64,000 nucleotides of DNA, from contig NC_081368.1 in assembly GCF_030684315.1 (NCBI RefSeq), forward strand, positions 22,005,899-22,069,898. Direction: 5' to 3'. This document shows, piece after piece, positions 1-12,469 of this stretch. Source of the stretch: Stegostoma tigrinum (lineage: Eukaryota). How positions within the stretch are numbered: position 1 is the stretch's first letter; the number at the start of each line of letters is the position of its first letter. The notes beneath the pieces are model-generated. The model was given only the letters and a program-made list of their open reading frames with translations, made no database searches and had not been told where the DNA came from. The position numbers and the translations under genes were made by a program.

Positions 1-1174
1 GTCTAAGGGGCCTTTCTGAATTTCTGCAGTGCATCTTGTAGATGGTAACACAGCTAATATTGAGTCTAGGTTTTGGAGAGACTGAACGTTTGTGGATGGG
101 GCGCTGATCAAGTGGGCTGTTTTGTTCTGTGTGGTTCAAGCTTCTTTGAAAGTTTTTGAAACTGCAAGTGCGAAATATTCCATTATACTCCTGACTTGTG
201 CTTCGTAGATGGTATGCAGACTTTAGGGAATCGAGAGGTGAATTACATGCTGCAGGATTCCTGGCCTCTGACCTACTCTTGTAGCTACAGTATTTAGATG
301 GCTAATTTACTTCAGTTTGTGATCCACAAAACCTCTCTGCCTCCCCAGAATGTTGATAGTGGGGGGATTCAATTATGTTAATGCCATTAAATTCAGTGCT
401 AACGCAGCATATGTGTAAGCCAAATCTGAAAAGCAGCTGCTTTCACACCTGTCAGAACTTCAAATTGGTTTTACAAACTTGATATGATTCTACCAACTGA
501 ACAAAATCAACAGCATGTCATTTTATCAGCTATGAGGCTTTGAACAAACATTTTCTGATATGGCATAATTTGAAAAAGAAAAATCACATGGCAAAATGAC
601 AACAGAAAGGACAGATGCTTGCTTATAATTTAAATGTGCAAACTTTTGTTAATGTACCTGTAATTACCTTTGCCTTACCCCCACAGCTTCAATATTAATT
701 GCTGTAGGGTTGACTCAGTTCTTGGCCCCTTTTTGTACATTCAATTATTTTGGCTAAAAACACAACAACTGAATGATTTGAATTGTTAGACTGATGGATC
801 TGTTGGAAAGTTTTTTTTAAAATAAATGCCTGCTCAGAATTGCTTATCAGATTAAACAGATGAAATCATACTGAACGCAAATAGACAGACGGGCAATATG
901 TGTTTTAGTTTTGCCTGATCAAAAATGGATATAAACTAAGCCTGGTCAGTGGTGAATATGTGTGTTACCAAATGCATGTAAATAACCCATAAGGAAACAG
1001 TATTCTATCCGCAAATAAAAGAGAGTTACATATCAAGATATTTTAATTGGATACATGGATTCAGAGGGCATAGATGAGGGAGGAAAAAATAAATTACGAT
1101 TTTAAGTCTAGCTAGACTATATCTCAACATTGTTGCTTAAGTTGTAGATGTGTTCACTGAGCCAGTGGGTTTGG

Positions 1175-3345
1175 TTGCATTCCAAACATGGTCGAACCAA
1201 AGTCCTATACAACTGCAAAATAACCTGCCAACTCTTGTACTCAGTACCCCGTGCGATGAGTGAAAGCATGCCGTATGCCTTCTTGACCACTCTATCCACC
1301 TGTGTTGCCACCTTCAAGTTACAATGGACATGAACACCCAGATCTCTCTGTGCATCAATTTTCCCCAGGGCTTTTCCATTTACTGTATAGTTCGCCCTTG
1401 AGTTTGATCTTCCAAAATGCATCACCTCGCACTTGCCTGGATTGAACGCCATTTGCCATTTCTCCAGCCAACTCTCCAGTCTATCTACATTCTGCTGCAT
1501 TCTCCAACAGTCCCCTTCACTATCTGCTACTCCACCAATCTTATAGTCATCTCCAAACTTGTTAATCAGACCATCTATACCTTCCTCCAGATCATTTATG
1601 TATATCCCAAGCAACAGTGGTCCTAACACGGATCACTGTGGAACACCACTGGTCACAGTTCTCCATTTTGAAAAACTCCCTTCCACTACAACTCTGTCTC
1701 CTGTTGCCCAGCCAGTTCTCTATCCATCTAGCTAGTACACCCTGGACCCCATGCGACTTCACTTTCCCCACCAGCCTACCATGGGGAACCTTATTAATTG
1801 CGTTACTGAAGTCCATGTATATGACATCTACAGCCCTTCCCTCATCTATCAATTTAGTCACTTGAATTTCTGTCAAGTTGGTAAGACATGACCTTCCCTG
1901 CACAAAAACATGCCGCCTATCACAAATAACCCCACTTTCTTCAAAATGTAAATAGATTCTATCGCTCAGTATCTTTTCCAGCAGCTTCTCCACCACTGAC
2001 ATCAGGTTCACCAGTCTATAATTTCCTGGATTATCCTTGCTACCCTTCTAAAATAAGAGGACAATGTTAGCAATTCTCCAGTCCTCTGGGACCTCATCCA
2101 TGCTCAAGCATGCTGTAAAGATATCTGTTAAGGCCCCAGCTATTTCCTGTCTTGCTTCCCTCAGCAACCTGGGATAGATCCCAGCTGGACCTGGGGACTT
2201 ATCCACCCTAAGGCCTTTAGAATACCTAACACAACGCCCTCCTTATGCCAACTTGACCTAGAGCAATCAAACACCTATCCCTAAGCTCGACATCCGTCAT
2301 GACCCTCTCCTCAATGAATACCAATGCAAGGTACTCATTAAGAATCTCACTCATTTTCTCTGGCTCCTCACGTAACTTCCCTTCTTTGTCCTTGAGTGGG
2401 CCAACCATTTCTCCTCTTGCTCGTTCTGTACAAATAAAAGGCTTTGGGATTTTCCTTAACCCTGTTTGCTGAAGATATTTCATGACCCCTTTTAGCCCTC
2501 TTAATTCCTCATTTCAGATTGGTCCTACTTTCCCGATATTCTTCCAAAGCTCCATCTGTTTGCAGTCGCCTCGACCTTATGTATGCTTTCTTTCTCCTCT
2601 TTGCTGGTCTCACAATTTCACCTGTCATCCATTGTTCCCTAATCTTGCCCTGTGAAAATGAGGGATAAAGGGACATCTCTAATCAACCTCTCTTTAAAAG
2701 CTTCTCATATATCGAATATGGATTTACCCTCAAATAGCTGCTCCCGATCCAAATTCCCTACCTCCTGCGCATTTTGCTGTAGTTGGCCTTCCCCCAATTT
2801 TGCACTCTTCCTTTAGGACCACTCTCATCTTTGTCCATGAGCATTGTAAAACATATGGAATTGTGATCACTATTCCCAAAGTAATCCCAGACTGAAACTT
2901 CAACCACCTGGCTGGGTTCGTTCCCCAAAACCGGGTACAGTATGGCCCTTCCTGAGTTGGACTATTTACATACTGCTCTAGAAAACCGTCCTGGATGCTC
3001 CTTACAAATTCTGCTCCATCTAAACCCCTAAAACTTAGTGAATCCCAGTCAATGTTGTGAAAATTAAAATCTCCCATCACCACCACCCTGTTCCTCCTAC
3101 ATCTTTCCGTAATCTGTCGACATATTTGTGCCTCAATCTCACGCTCGCTGTTGGGAGGCCTGTGGTATGGCCCCAACATTGTTACCACACCCTTCCTATT
3201 TCTGAGCTCTGCCCATATTGCTTCACTGCTCGAGTCCTCCATAGTGCCCTCCTTCAGCACAGCTGTGATACCCTCTTTGACCAGTAATGCAACTCATCCA
3301 CCCCTTTTACTTCCCTGTCTATCCCGCCTGAAGCATCTATATTCT
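1175..3345 (-). mobile_element. CR1-clade LINE ORF2 remnant (endonuclease to RT, frameshifted)
   Basis: Peptides VVVMGDFNFHNIDW, VDVIYMDFSNAINKVPH, INKFGDDYKIGG. Confidence 0.9.
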
Positions 3346-3356
3346 AAATATCCCAG

Positions 3357-3955
3357 GATATAGAACATTACAGTTCAGTACAGGCCCTTTGGCCCTCAAT
3401 GTTGCGCCGACCTGTGAGACCCATCTGAAGTCCATCTAACCTACACTATTCCATTATCACCCATATATTTATCCAACGACCATTTAAATACCCTTAAACT
3501 TGGCGAATATATTCCATGCCCTTACTATTCTGAGTAAAGAACCTACCTCTGACTTCTGTCCTATATCTATCACCCCTCAATATAAAGCTATGTCCCCTCA
3601 TGCTCGCCATCACCATGAGGAAAAAGGCTCTCACTGTCTACCCTGTCTAATCCTCTGATCATCTTGTATGTCTCTATTAAATCGTCTCTTAACCTTCTTC
3701 TCCCTAATGAAAACAGCCTCAAGTCCCTCAGCCTTTCCTCATTAGACCTTCCCTCCATACCAGGCAACATCCTGGTAAATCTCCTCTGCATCCTTTCCAA
3801 TGCTTCCACATCCTTCCTATAATGCGGCAACCAGAACTGTACGCAATGCTTCAAGTGCGGCCACACCAGAGTTTTGCACAGCTCCAACGTGACCTCATGG
3901 CTCTGAAACTCAATCCCCCTACCCGATAAAATCTAACACACCGTACACCTTCTTG
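3357..3955 (-). mobile_element. CR1 LINE 3' end (young family)
   Basis: HLKHCVQFWLPHYRKDVEALERMQRRFTRM; 3' UTR matches 24024-24650. Confidence 0.9.
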
Positions 3956-4292
3956 GTGCATCAAAACATAATATTTTTATTCATCATATTCTAACTGAGC
4001 ATGTTTGTTATTAAATCCCTTTTCTAAAAAAGACTGGAAGAATATCTCTGCTATGCCAGTGTTAATATTGAAATTTCTATCATTGATGGTATCAGATGGA
4101 AAAATCGATGCCAAGTGCAAATGGAAAACAGGAGATTAAAGGCACAGATTCCTTTTATTCGGATAGATTGAGTTCTACAATACAGGGAATATACCAGATG
4201 TTGAATGGTCTCAGACAATCTGTTTTTAGATGTTCATTAGCATGTTGTGTAATCATTATGGTTACATTTTGATGGCATGATATTTAAGCAGG

Positions 4293-4464
4293 GATAATAG
4301 GAACTGCCGGTGCTGGAGAATGTGAGATAACACAGTGTGAAGTTTGATGAACACAGCAGGCCAAGCAGCATCAGAAGAGCAGGAAAGTTTGACATTTCAG
4401 GTCAAGACCTTTCTTCGGAAAATGAAGAAAGGTCTCAACCCGAAACAGCAAACTTTCCTGCTCC
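4293..4464. repeat. Second fold-back PLE-terminus element (right arm truncated)
   Basis: gagcaggaaagtttgacatttcaggtcaagacctttcttc-ggaaaat-gaagaaaggtctcaacccgaaacagcaaactttcctgctc. Confidence 0.8.
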
Positions 4465-7129
4465 CATGATATTTAAGCCATTGCTTTTGAGCTGCTTTCA
4501 AAGAAACATATCCAAAATATGACTTTTTCTCACCCCACACAGAGCTTAGCATTTCTGACAAGGATGTATCGAATTCTTTTGATCCTTGAGGGTCATGTAT
4601 TGGATCAGCATTGTGACATCCTCAGAAATACCCATTGCGGAACGTGTTTCTAGTTACCAGAAATAACAAGCACCTAACTGATAATGGCCTATTAACCATG
4701 ACTGCATTTCAAATGCATTACGTGTGAAGGTAGCAGTGTATCTCAATGACATAACTTGTGCTGGTAAAGCAGAAGATCTTGCTTTCCTCTTTTAATTTTC
4801 ATCCATATTGGATGAATCAAATCCACAAAAAAGTAACCTGAAAGATGAATTCATCGTCTGTGTTTTAAAACATTTCTTAGACCAAAATGTTTGGGAACAA
4901 TGTAGGGAACAAGCTACTTTAGACCTAGCAATACATGATGAGAAAGGGTTCATGAATGACCTCTGTAAAGGACAGTTTAGGCAAGAGTGAGCATAACATG
5001 TTAGAATTTCTCATTATCTTGGGGTGAAAAATGTGATCTGATTCTCCTGCCTTAAACAAAAAAAGGGCAAGAAGATAGTCTGATTAGAGTGGAAAAACAG
5101 GTTAAAAGATATAATGACACAGAAGTTGCAATGGACTTGAGTATTTTATAAAGCTCAAAGGTATACTCTATTGAGAAAGCAAGGTGTTACATAAAAGATG
5201 CATCAACCATGGCAAACTAAGGAAGATGTGGTTAGTATTAAAGTGAAAGGAGAAATGCACAATGCTTCAAAGATAAGTAGCAGTCCAAATGTTTGGTTTC
5301 TCCATTTTTCTTAAGGACAATTAAACAAAATGAGGCATACAATAGATAGAAAGAGCCTCTACAAGCATATAAAAAAGGAAGACCGTAGCTAAAGTGAACA
5401 TTGGTCAGAGTCAAAATCCCAGGACATTTCTACAGTGGATCCTCAGGTTAGATTAACTTTGCTATTTCATCAGTGACTTTCCTCCAATGTAAGATCAAAT
5501 ATGGGCATGCTTAGAGACAATTGTGTAGCAACTAGTACCATCTGCAAACTCCTCATATCCTGAAGTAGTTCAAGCCCACAAATCAACAAGACCTTGAGAA
5601 TATTCAGACTTGAATTGATAAGCTAAAGTAACATTCATGCCATAAGTGCTAGACAATGGCCATCAGGAGTCAATAAAATCTAACAATCATCCACTGAGAT
5701 TCAGTGATATGACCACTGCTGAATCCTCAATCCAGAACAATCAACATCCTGAACAGGTGTTACCTTACCATTGACCAGAACAGAGCTGGGTAAGCCAAGA
5801 ACTTTTTGGTAACTAACTTGCACCACTATCTAGAGGCACAAGTCAGAAATATGATAGATACTCCCCATTTGTCTGATGAGTGCAGCTGTAACATTCAGGG
5901 TAATTCAACATTCAAAAAAGGCTACTTGATTGACTTCACACCCACCACAATTGTATAGTGGCTGCATTGTGACCAGGTCAACGTCCAGGAATTCATGACC
6001 AACTGTGTCTTTACTTGAAAAAAAATGTACTGTAGAAGTTCAAGAGACCATCATCAGTTTCTCAAAGGCAATAAAGGGATCAATAATGAGGGTTTCCCTT
6101 GACAGTAACAGTCATCACATGAAGGAAGTGAAATAGCAGAAATACAAAACGTAAAAGTGAAATATCTGAGTTGAAGTTATGGTGAGGAAGATGGAAGCAA
6201 AGAAGAAAACATAACAGAATTCAGGGAACCAGTAATAACACGTTGTTTGACTATAATGTGAACATCTGTCAATACTTATCTTGGGGTTTATAATGTTACA
6301 GAACACTTTTCTTGGAAAAAGATAGTCTTTGTTCTAACCAACATGTATTTTTGTAACGTTCATCTCATCTCAGAAAACCAGTCTTTCACATGTATTGAAT
6401 TGCGTGATTGTAATTGCTGGTAAGGTAGATACATTTCTACCTTACTTTACATTTAACGTTAGTTTTATCTGAGAGTTTTTTCTTCTTTTTTGTTTGACAA
6501 GCAGCACTAAACAAACAAAATTTACTTGTCATTTTGCTGATGTCAATTATAAGCTGTGTTGAAGTCCAATAATCTTAAGGGACAGATTTTTCTCCTCACT
6601 TCTAATAACCGATTAGTAGTGGGTCTAGGTAAGGCTTAGGAATTGGCTCAGCTTGAGGGCCTGTTTCTGTACTATATTGTATAACCTCTGTTTGATGCTT
6701 GCCCCAATTACATCCATGATCCAGGAATTTGTTCTTTGAGTAAAACTGTACCTTTACCACTTCATAGCACAATCCATTAGGAGTATAATTACTTCAAATG
6801 AGCAATAAAATGCAGTCAAAAATATTTTCTTTTTTCATATGGTACAGCCATTACTGGGAGTTTTCTAAAATGGTTCCTTCGACTTGTACTGCTTTGAGTT
6901 AGGTAATCAGGATTCAAATACACAGATCAGCATTCAGTCTGCTTACTTACAAAATCACAGATTTGTAATAGTGCCAGTCATTCGACCCATCATGTCTGCC
7001 CCAGCTCTCTAGGCATACTGTGACTCTGTGGCATTCACATCCATTTCCCCATAACTCTGAAGATGGTTTCTATTAAAACAGCCATCTAATGGTGCCTTGA
7101 ATGTGTCATTGAAACCTGCTTCCATCAAC

Positions 7130-7980
7130 AATGTAGAAACATGCAATATAGGACACCATGTGACCCTTTGGGCTTGATCTGCCACTCAATATGATCATGG
7201 CTGATCATCCAAATCAGACCCCTGCTTTTTCCCCCCAACACACTTTGATCCCTTTAGCCTTAAGAACTATATCTAACTCCTTCTTGAAAAGATTCAATGT
7301 CTGGACCTTAACCACCTTCTTTGGCAGAGAATTCTACAGGCATACCAATTGGTCAGCGAAGAAATTTCTCAGCTCAGTCCTAAATGGCCAATCCCATATC
7401 TTTAAACAGTAACCCCCGATTCCAGACTTCCTGTCATCAAGATCCTTCCTGTGTTTGTCTTGTATGGACATGCTAGAATTTTATAAGCTTCGATGTGATC
7501 GCTCCTCATTCTGATGCATTTCAGTAAACGTAGTCTTAACCAATTCAAACTCTCTTCATAAGTCTGCCCTACCTTCCAAGGAATCAATCTGGTAAAACTT
7601 TATTGCACTCGCTAAATAGCCTAGACATCTTTCCTCAAACACAGACCAGAACAGAGCACAATAGTCCTGGTATGGTCCTTTACAATCGCAGCAAGACATC
7701 ACCATTTCTGAGCTCAAATCCTCTTGCTCTGAAGGGTCACATACCATTTGCATTCTTTACCACCTCCTGTATCTGCATGTCTACTTTCAGAGACTGGTGC
7801 ACAAGAACATCCAGGTCTTAATGCACTTTAGCCTTTCCCAAACAAACAGTCAGTCATTCAGCTAATAAACAACCTGTTTTTACCAAAGTGGATAAATGAC
7901 CTCATTTATCCACAGTTTCCCATTCACTCAGTTTGTCCGAATCACAATGAAGCATCTCTGCATTCTCCTCACAGCTCACC
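7130..7980 (-). mobile_element. Old CR1 LINE 3' end
   Basis: YEESLNWLRL...RMRSDHIEAYKIL remnant; 3' UTR with tgatcatggctgatcatcc. Confidence 0.65.
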
Positions 7981-8764
7981 CTGTGACCCTAAGATTAAAG
8001 GCTAAAAGTGATGGAAATACTCAGGTCAGGTGGCTTCTGCGAAGGAAATAGATTTAATAGTTCATGTTGATGACCTTTTATAGAAATAGAAAAGTTATAC
8101 ACAATAGATTTTCAGTGAGGGGGGACAGGCTGGCGGGGGGGGGGGTAGTTTTATTTAGTAGAATTTAGGATGGCTTAAAGGAGTTGGCAGAATGAGACTA
8201 ATGGGAAAAGTAAAGCATTAAAGTTGGACAAAAAAGTGATGCAGGTTTTGGTTTTACTTTCCTATTTCTCGTTTTTGTTTTCAGATTTCATACTGCCATT
8301 CACATTTAGAATGTAATTGAGGTCTTAAAGTATATTTCAAGAATTATTTCTTTTTCTTGCATTAAATCGATAATGCAAAATTTAATGCAAGTATTTTAAA
8401 TCATTAAGATACAATGAAAAATGCATTTCATGCACAATAATGAATCCAATTTGTAATTGCATTTTTTTCAGATACAGTGGGGTCTGTGAAGTCCTACATC
8501 ACATATCAATCACATTTTCCTCGGTTTGGTAGTGGTAGTGATTGCATCATCTTTACAAACATGCAGCTTGCCACGTCGTTTCAGCAAACAGCTGTGGGAC
8601 AATCACAATGCTGTAGGTCTAAAGTCACATATGTATCAGACCAAGTAAGGATCTTCCCCTAAAAGAAAAATCACTGAATGGGGAGGGTTTCCATGACAAT
8701 TTAGAAGTTTCATAGTTAGCATAATTGTTACAGCATTGCATTCCAGATTTAAGAGTCCTACAGG

Positions 8765-11700
8765 AACCACCTTGCCTTTCCAAATGCATGTAGGTCCTCT
8801 GAAACCCCTCCAACAACTTACGCACTACTGACTTTGGCTCACCAATCTGTAGTTTCCTGCAGCCTTTCTTGAATAATGGCACAACTTTAGCCATCCTTCA
8901 GACTTCCATCACCTCACCCATGGCTGGCAATGATACAAATATCTCTGCAAGTGGCCACACAATTTCTTCCCTAGCTTCCCAAAATGTCCCAGGAGATACT
9001 GGATGAGTTCCTGAGGATTCATCTATCTTTATGCATTTTAACACCTCCAGCACCACTTCTTCTGTAACATGGACTCTTTTCAGACATTACTATTTGTTTG
9101 TGGATTGCGTTCTCTAGCTTCCATGTCTTTCTCCACAGTAAATACAGACACAAAACAGCTGTTTAAGATGTCCCCCATCTCCTGTGGTTCCACAAATATT
9201 TGTTGACCTTTAAAGTGCCCCGTCTCTCCCTAGTTACTCTTTTGCCCATAGTATATTTGTAGAATCTCATTGGATTTTCCTTTACCCTTTCTGCCAAAGC
9301 TATCTCATGTACCCTTTCTGCCCTTCTGACTTCCCTGTGAAGTGTACTCTTGCATTCCCTATACTTAAGGGATTTGCTTGATCCCAGCTGTCTATACCTG
9401 ACATATGCCTCTTTTTTTCTTGATCACAGCCTCAATATTTCTTGTCATCCAGTGTTGTCTATTCCCACCAGCCTTGCTTTTCACACCAACAGGAACACGC
9501 TGACCCTGAACTCTCATTATTGCACTCACCAAATGTCCCTTTAATTGTGGACAGCCTCTCCCAATCAATCTTTGAAAGTTTTATACAGTAATATTGCCCT
9601 CATAGTAAAAAAACTAAACCACAAAGTGACTTATAAGCCTTGCCCTATTTTGGAACTTTTAAGCTTGTGGACCAGCTCTATCGTTTTGCATAACTATTTT
9701 AAAACCAATAGAATCAAGGTCACTGATCCCAAATTGCTCCCCACTGACACCTCTGTCACTTGGCCTGCCTTATTTCCCCAAGAGGAGGAGGTCACGTTTG
9801 GCCCCTTATTCACTATAGCCATCTAAATGTTGATTAAAAGTTTTCTTGAACACACTTCAAAGCCCTTAACAGTATGTCAGTCCCAATTCATGTTCCCATT
9901 CAAGAAAGTTAAAATCCCCTACTTTTACAACCTTATTATTCTTACAGCTAGCTGCAATCTCCCTGCATATTTGCTGCTCAGCTTTCTATTAACTAATGGG
10001 GGAGGGGGGGCTTACAGTACAATTCCATCAAAGTGATCACCCCTTCTTATTTCTCAGTTTCATCAATATAGTTTCACTGGACATTCCCTCAGGGAAATCT
10101 CAATGTTGCCTTGATATTTTCCCTTATCAAAATGCTATTCCTCTTCCTCTCCAAACCCCCTTTTATTCTTCCCAGAGCATCCGTACCATGTAACATTGAA
10201 CTGCCAGTCCTGATTCTCCCTCAGCCATGTTTCTATAATAGCTATGATGTCACAGTTCCATGTTCCCATCCATGCCCTGAGATCACCCGCCTCACCAGTC
10301 AGGCCTCTTGCATTGAAATAAATGCAGTTTAATTAATCAGTCTTCCTTCATTTGTTACTGTGTTCTTGCCTTTGAAACTTGCTCTCTTCAACTTCTGTAG
10401 CAGCTAAAACCTTCTCTCATCTCACGACTGCTCAGGGTCCTACCTTTCTGAGTAGTTTAAAACCTCCCAAGTAGCTCAAGCAAATTGCCCTGCCAGGATA
10501 TTGATTCCTTCCAGCTCAGGGCAACCCATCCCTCTTGTACAGGTCACTTCTGCCCAGAAGAGATCCCAATGATTAAACATCTGAATCCCTGCTCCCACAC
10601 CAGTTCCTCAGCCACACGTTCTTCTGCACTACCCTCTTGTGCCTACATTCACTAGCATGAGGCACCAGAAGTCCTGAGATTACTCTCCTTAGAGATCCTA
10701 CTTTTTAAACCTCCAGGCTAACTCCCTACATTTTCAGGACCTCATCCCTTTTTCTGACGACGTGATCCGTACTGATGTGTACAATGACCTCCGGCTACTC
10801 ATGCTCCCCATTGAGAACATGCTGCATATGCTCAGAGACTCTGGCAACAGGAAGGCAACACACCATCCTGGAGGCTCAGTCACGGCTGCAGAAATGCCTG
10901 CCTGTGCCTCTGACTAAAGTCCTCTATCACAATTGCTCCCTTAGATTTTGCCATACCCTGCTTTACAGCAGAGCCAGTCATGGTGCCAGAGACCTGGCTG
11001 CTGCTGCTGCTATTTTTCCCTGAAAGGCTTCCCACCCGCCGCCCTCAGCAACAGTATTCAAAATAGTATACTTGTTTTGAGAAGGGGATAACCACAGGAG
11101 ATTCTTGAACTGCCCGGCTACCACTCCTGGTGGTCACCCACCGCCCTGAAGCTACTACTACACACTGCCTCCTGTCTGCTCATCAGTGCTTCCAACAGCC
11201 GCTCCAAACAACTCACGTGATATAAGAGGAGCAGCCAGGCACAATTTTGTAGACATAATCATCAGAGATACTCAACTGCTCCCTGATCTCCCACATCTGG
11301 CTGGAGAAGCGTACCACTCCACTGGCTCCATCTCTGCCACTTTAATGACTAGCAGACTTGGGGGGGGGGGGGGGGAGAAATGTCTTATCTCTGCTCGCTC
11401 TCCTCAACAAGACCTGGTGTTCACCCAGGCCCACTCTCAGATCTAACCTGCGGCAGCTCAACCACAAAGTAGCCTCTTGGGAAAACGGCCAAACAAGACG
11501 CAGCAACGCCACCCCCGCCCCAGGTCACTTGCCTAAATTCTCACACTTAGCTCAACTTCCAGCATGTTCACTCTCTTGCAATTTGCACTTCATGCCTTGC
11601 TTTTATGCTATACGGCCTGTCCTGCTACAAGAACAAGATTTAACTAGTTCAAATAATAGCTTAATTCGCTACAGCACTGGGACAGCTTGTTTAAGCTTTC

Positions 11701-11860
11701 CTTAGGCCTGAAAGATTAAAAAATTTACCCTTTATTGTCCACCTTTCCCTTACGCAAAGCTTTAGATTTTAAGGTGGCAAAGGTTTAAGTTTCACACTCA
11801 AACGCCCACACTTAGCTCAACTCCCAGCGTTTTCATCCTTTTGCAGCTTGCACTCTGACT
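8765..11860 (-). mobile_element. Old CR1 LINE 5' portion (probable 5' UTR, ORF1, EN region), degraded
   Basis: MAKVVPLFKKG remnant at about 8890; EN-like and ORF1-like remnants to about 11340; internal ~48-bp repeat at 11542-11589 and 11807-11854. Confidence 0.6.
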
Positions 11861-12469
11861 TAATTAACTTAGTTAATTTCATTTAAATTCACCAGCTGAT
11901 ATGCTGGGATTGGAACTATTGCCTTGGAATCACGAGCCCAGGATTAATGGTCCATTAATAGAATCCAGTGTTACTGTATTCATATTAAACAGGACCCATC
12001 TAACTATCTTTGAGGTAACAGAAGCATCGCCACCAACTAAGGTTAAAGTTATTGCACAAAGTTTGCAATTTAAAGTACGAGAAGCAAGGTTTGAAAATAA
12101 TTCCAATCAACATGTTCCCTCCCTCTTGATTTGTGTAATGGACATCAAAACATGTAACAGAGCAAAAATACAGTATTATACAGTAATATTGCCCCACAAA
12201 AAACTAAGCCACAAAGTGACTTATAGCTAGCCTCAAATAGAACAATCTTATTAAGCTACTCCAATAATTCTAAAAAATTATGTATGACTATTTTAAAATT
12301 GATTTGTTAAGTAAACATGATACTACTGTTGTTTCAATGTTTTTTAAAAAGAGAGCAATTTCTTGTGTATGCAGTTTCACAACTAATTGTAAACTTTCAT
12401 ATTTGCTTTGGAAAACTTCATAGAGTTCCTTATAAAAGGAAGGACAATTGTATAGTTAGAAGAGGTGTA

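Noticed and set aside
668-712. Acceptor-like ttgccttacccccacag and a small hairpin in non-repeat DNA
   Set aside because: No supporting exon, ORF or donor, and a 9-bp imperfect stem is expected by chance
8134-8145. Poly-G runs (also about 11360-11375)
   Set aside because: Simple homopolymers within decayed repeats, with no further structure
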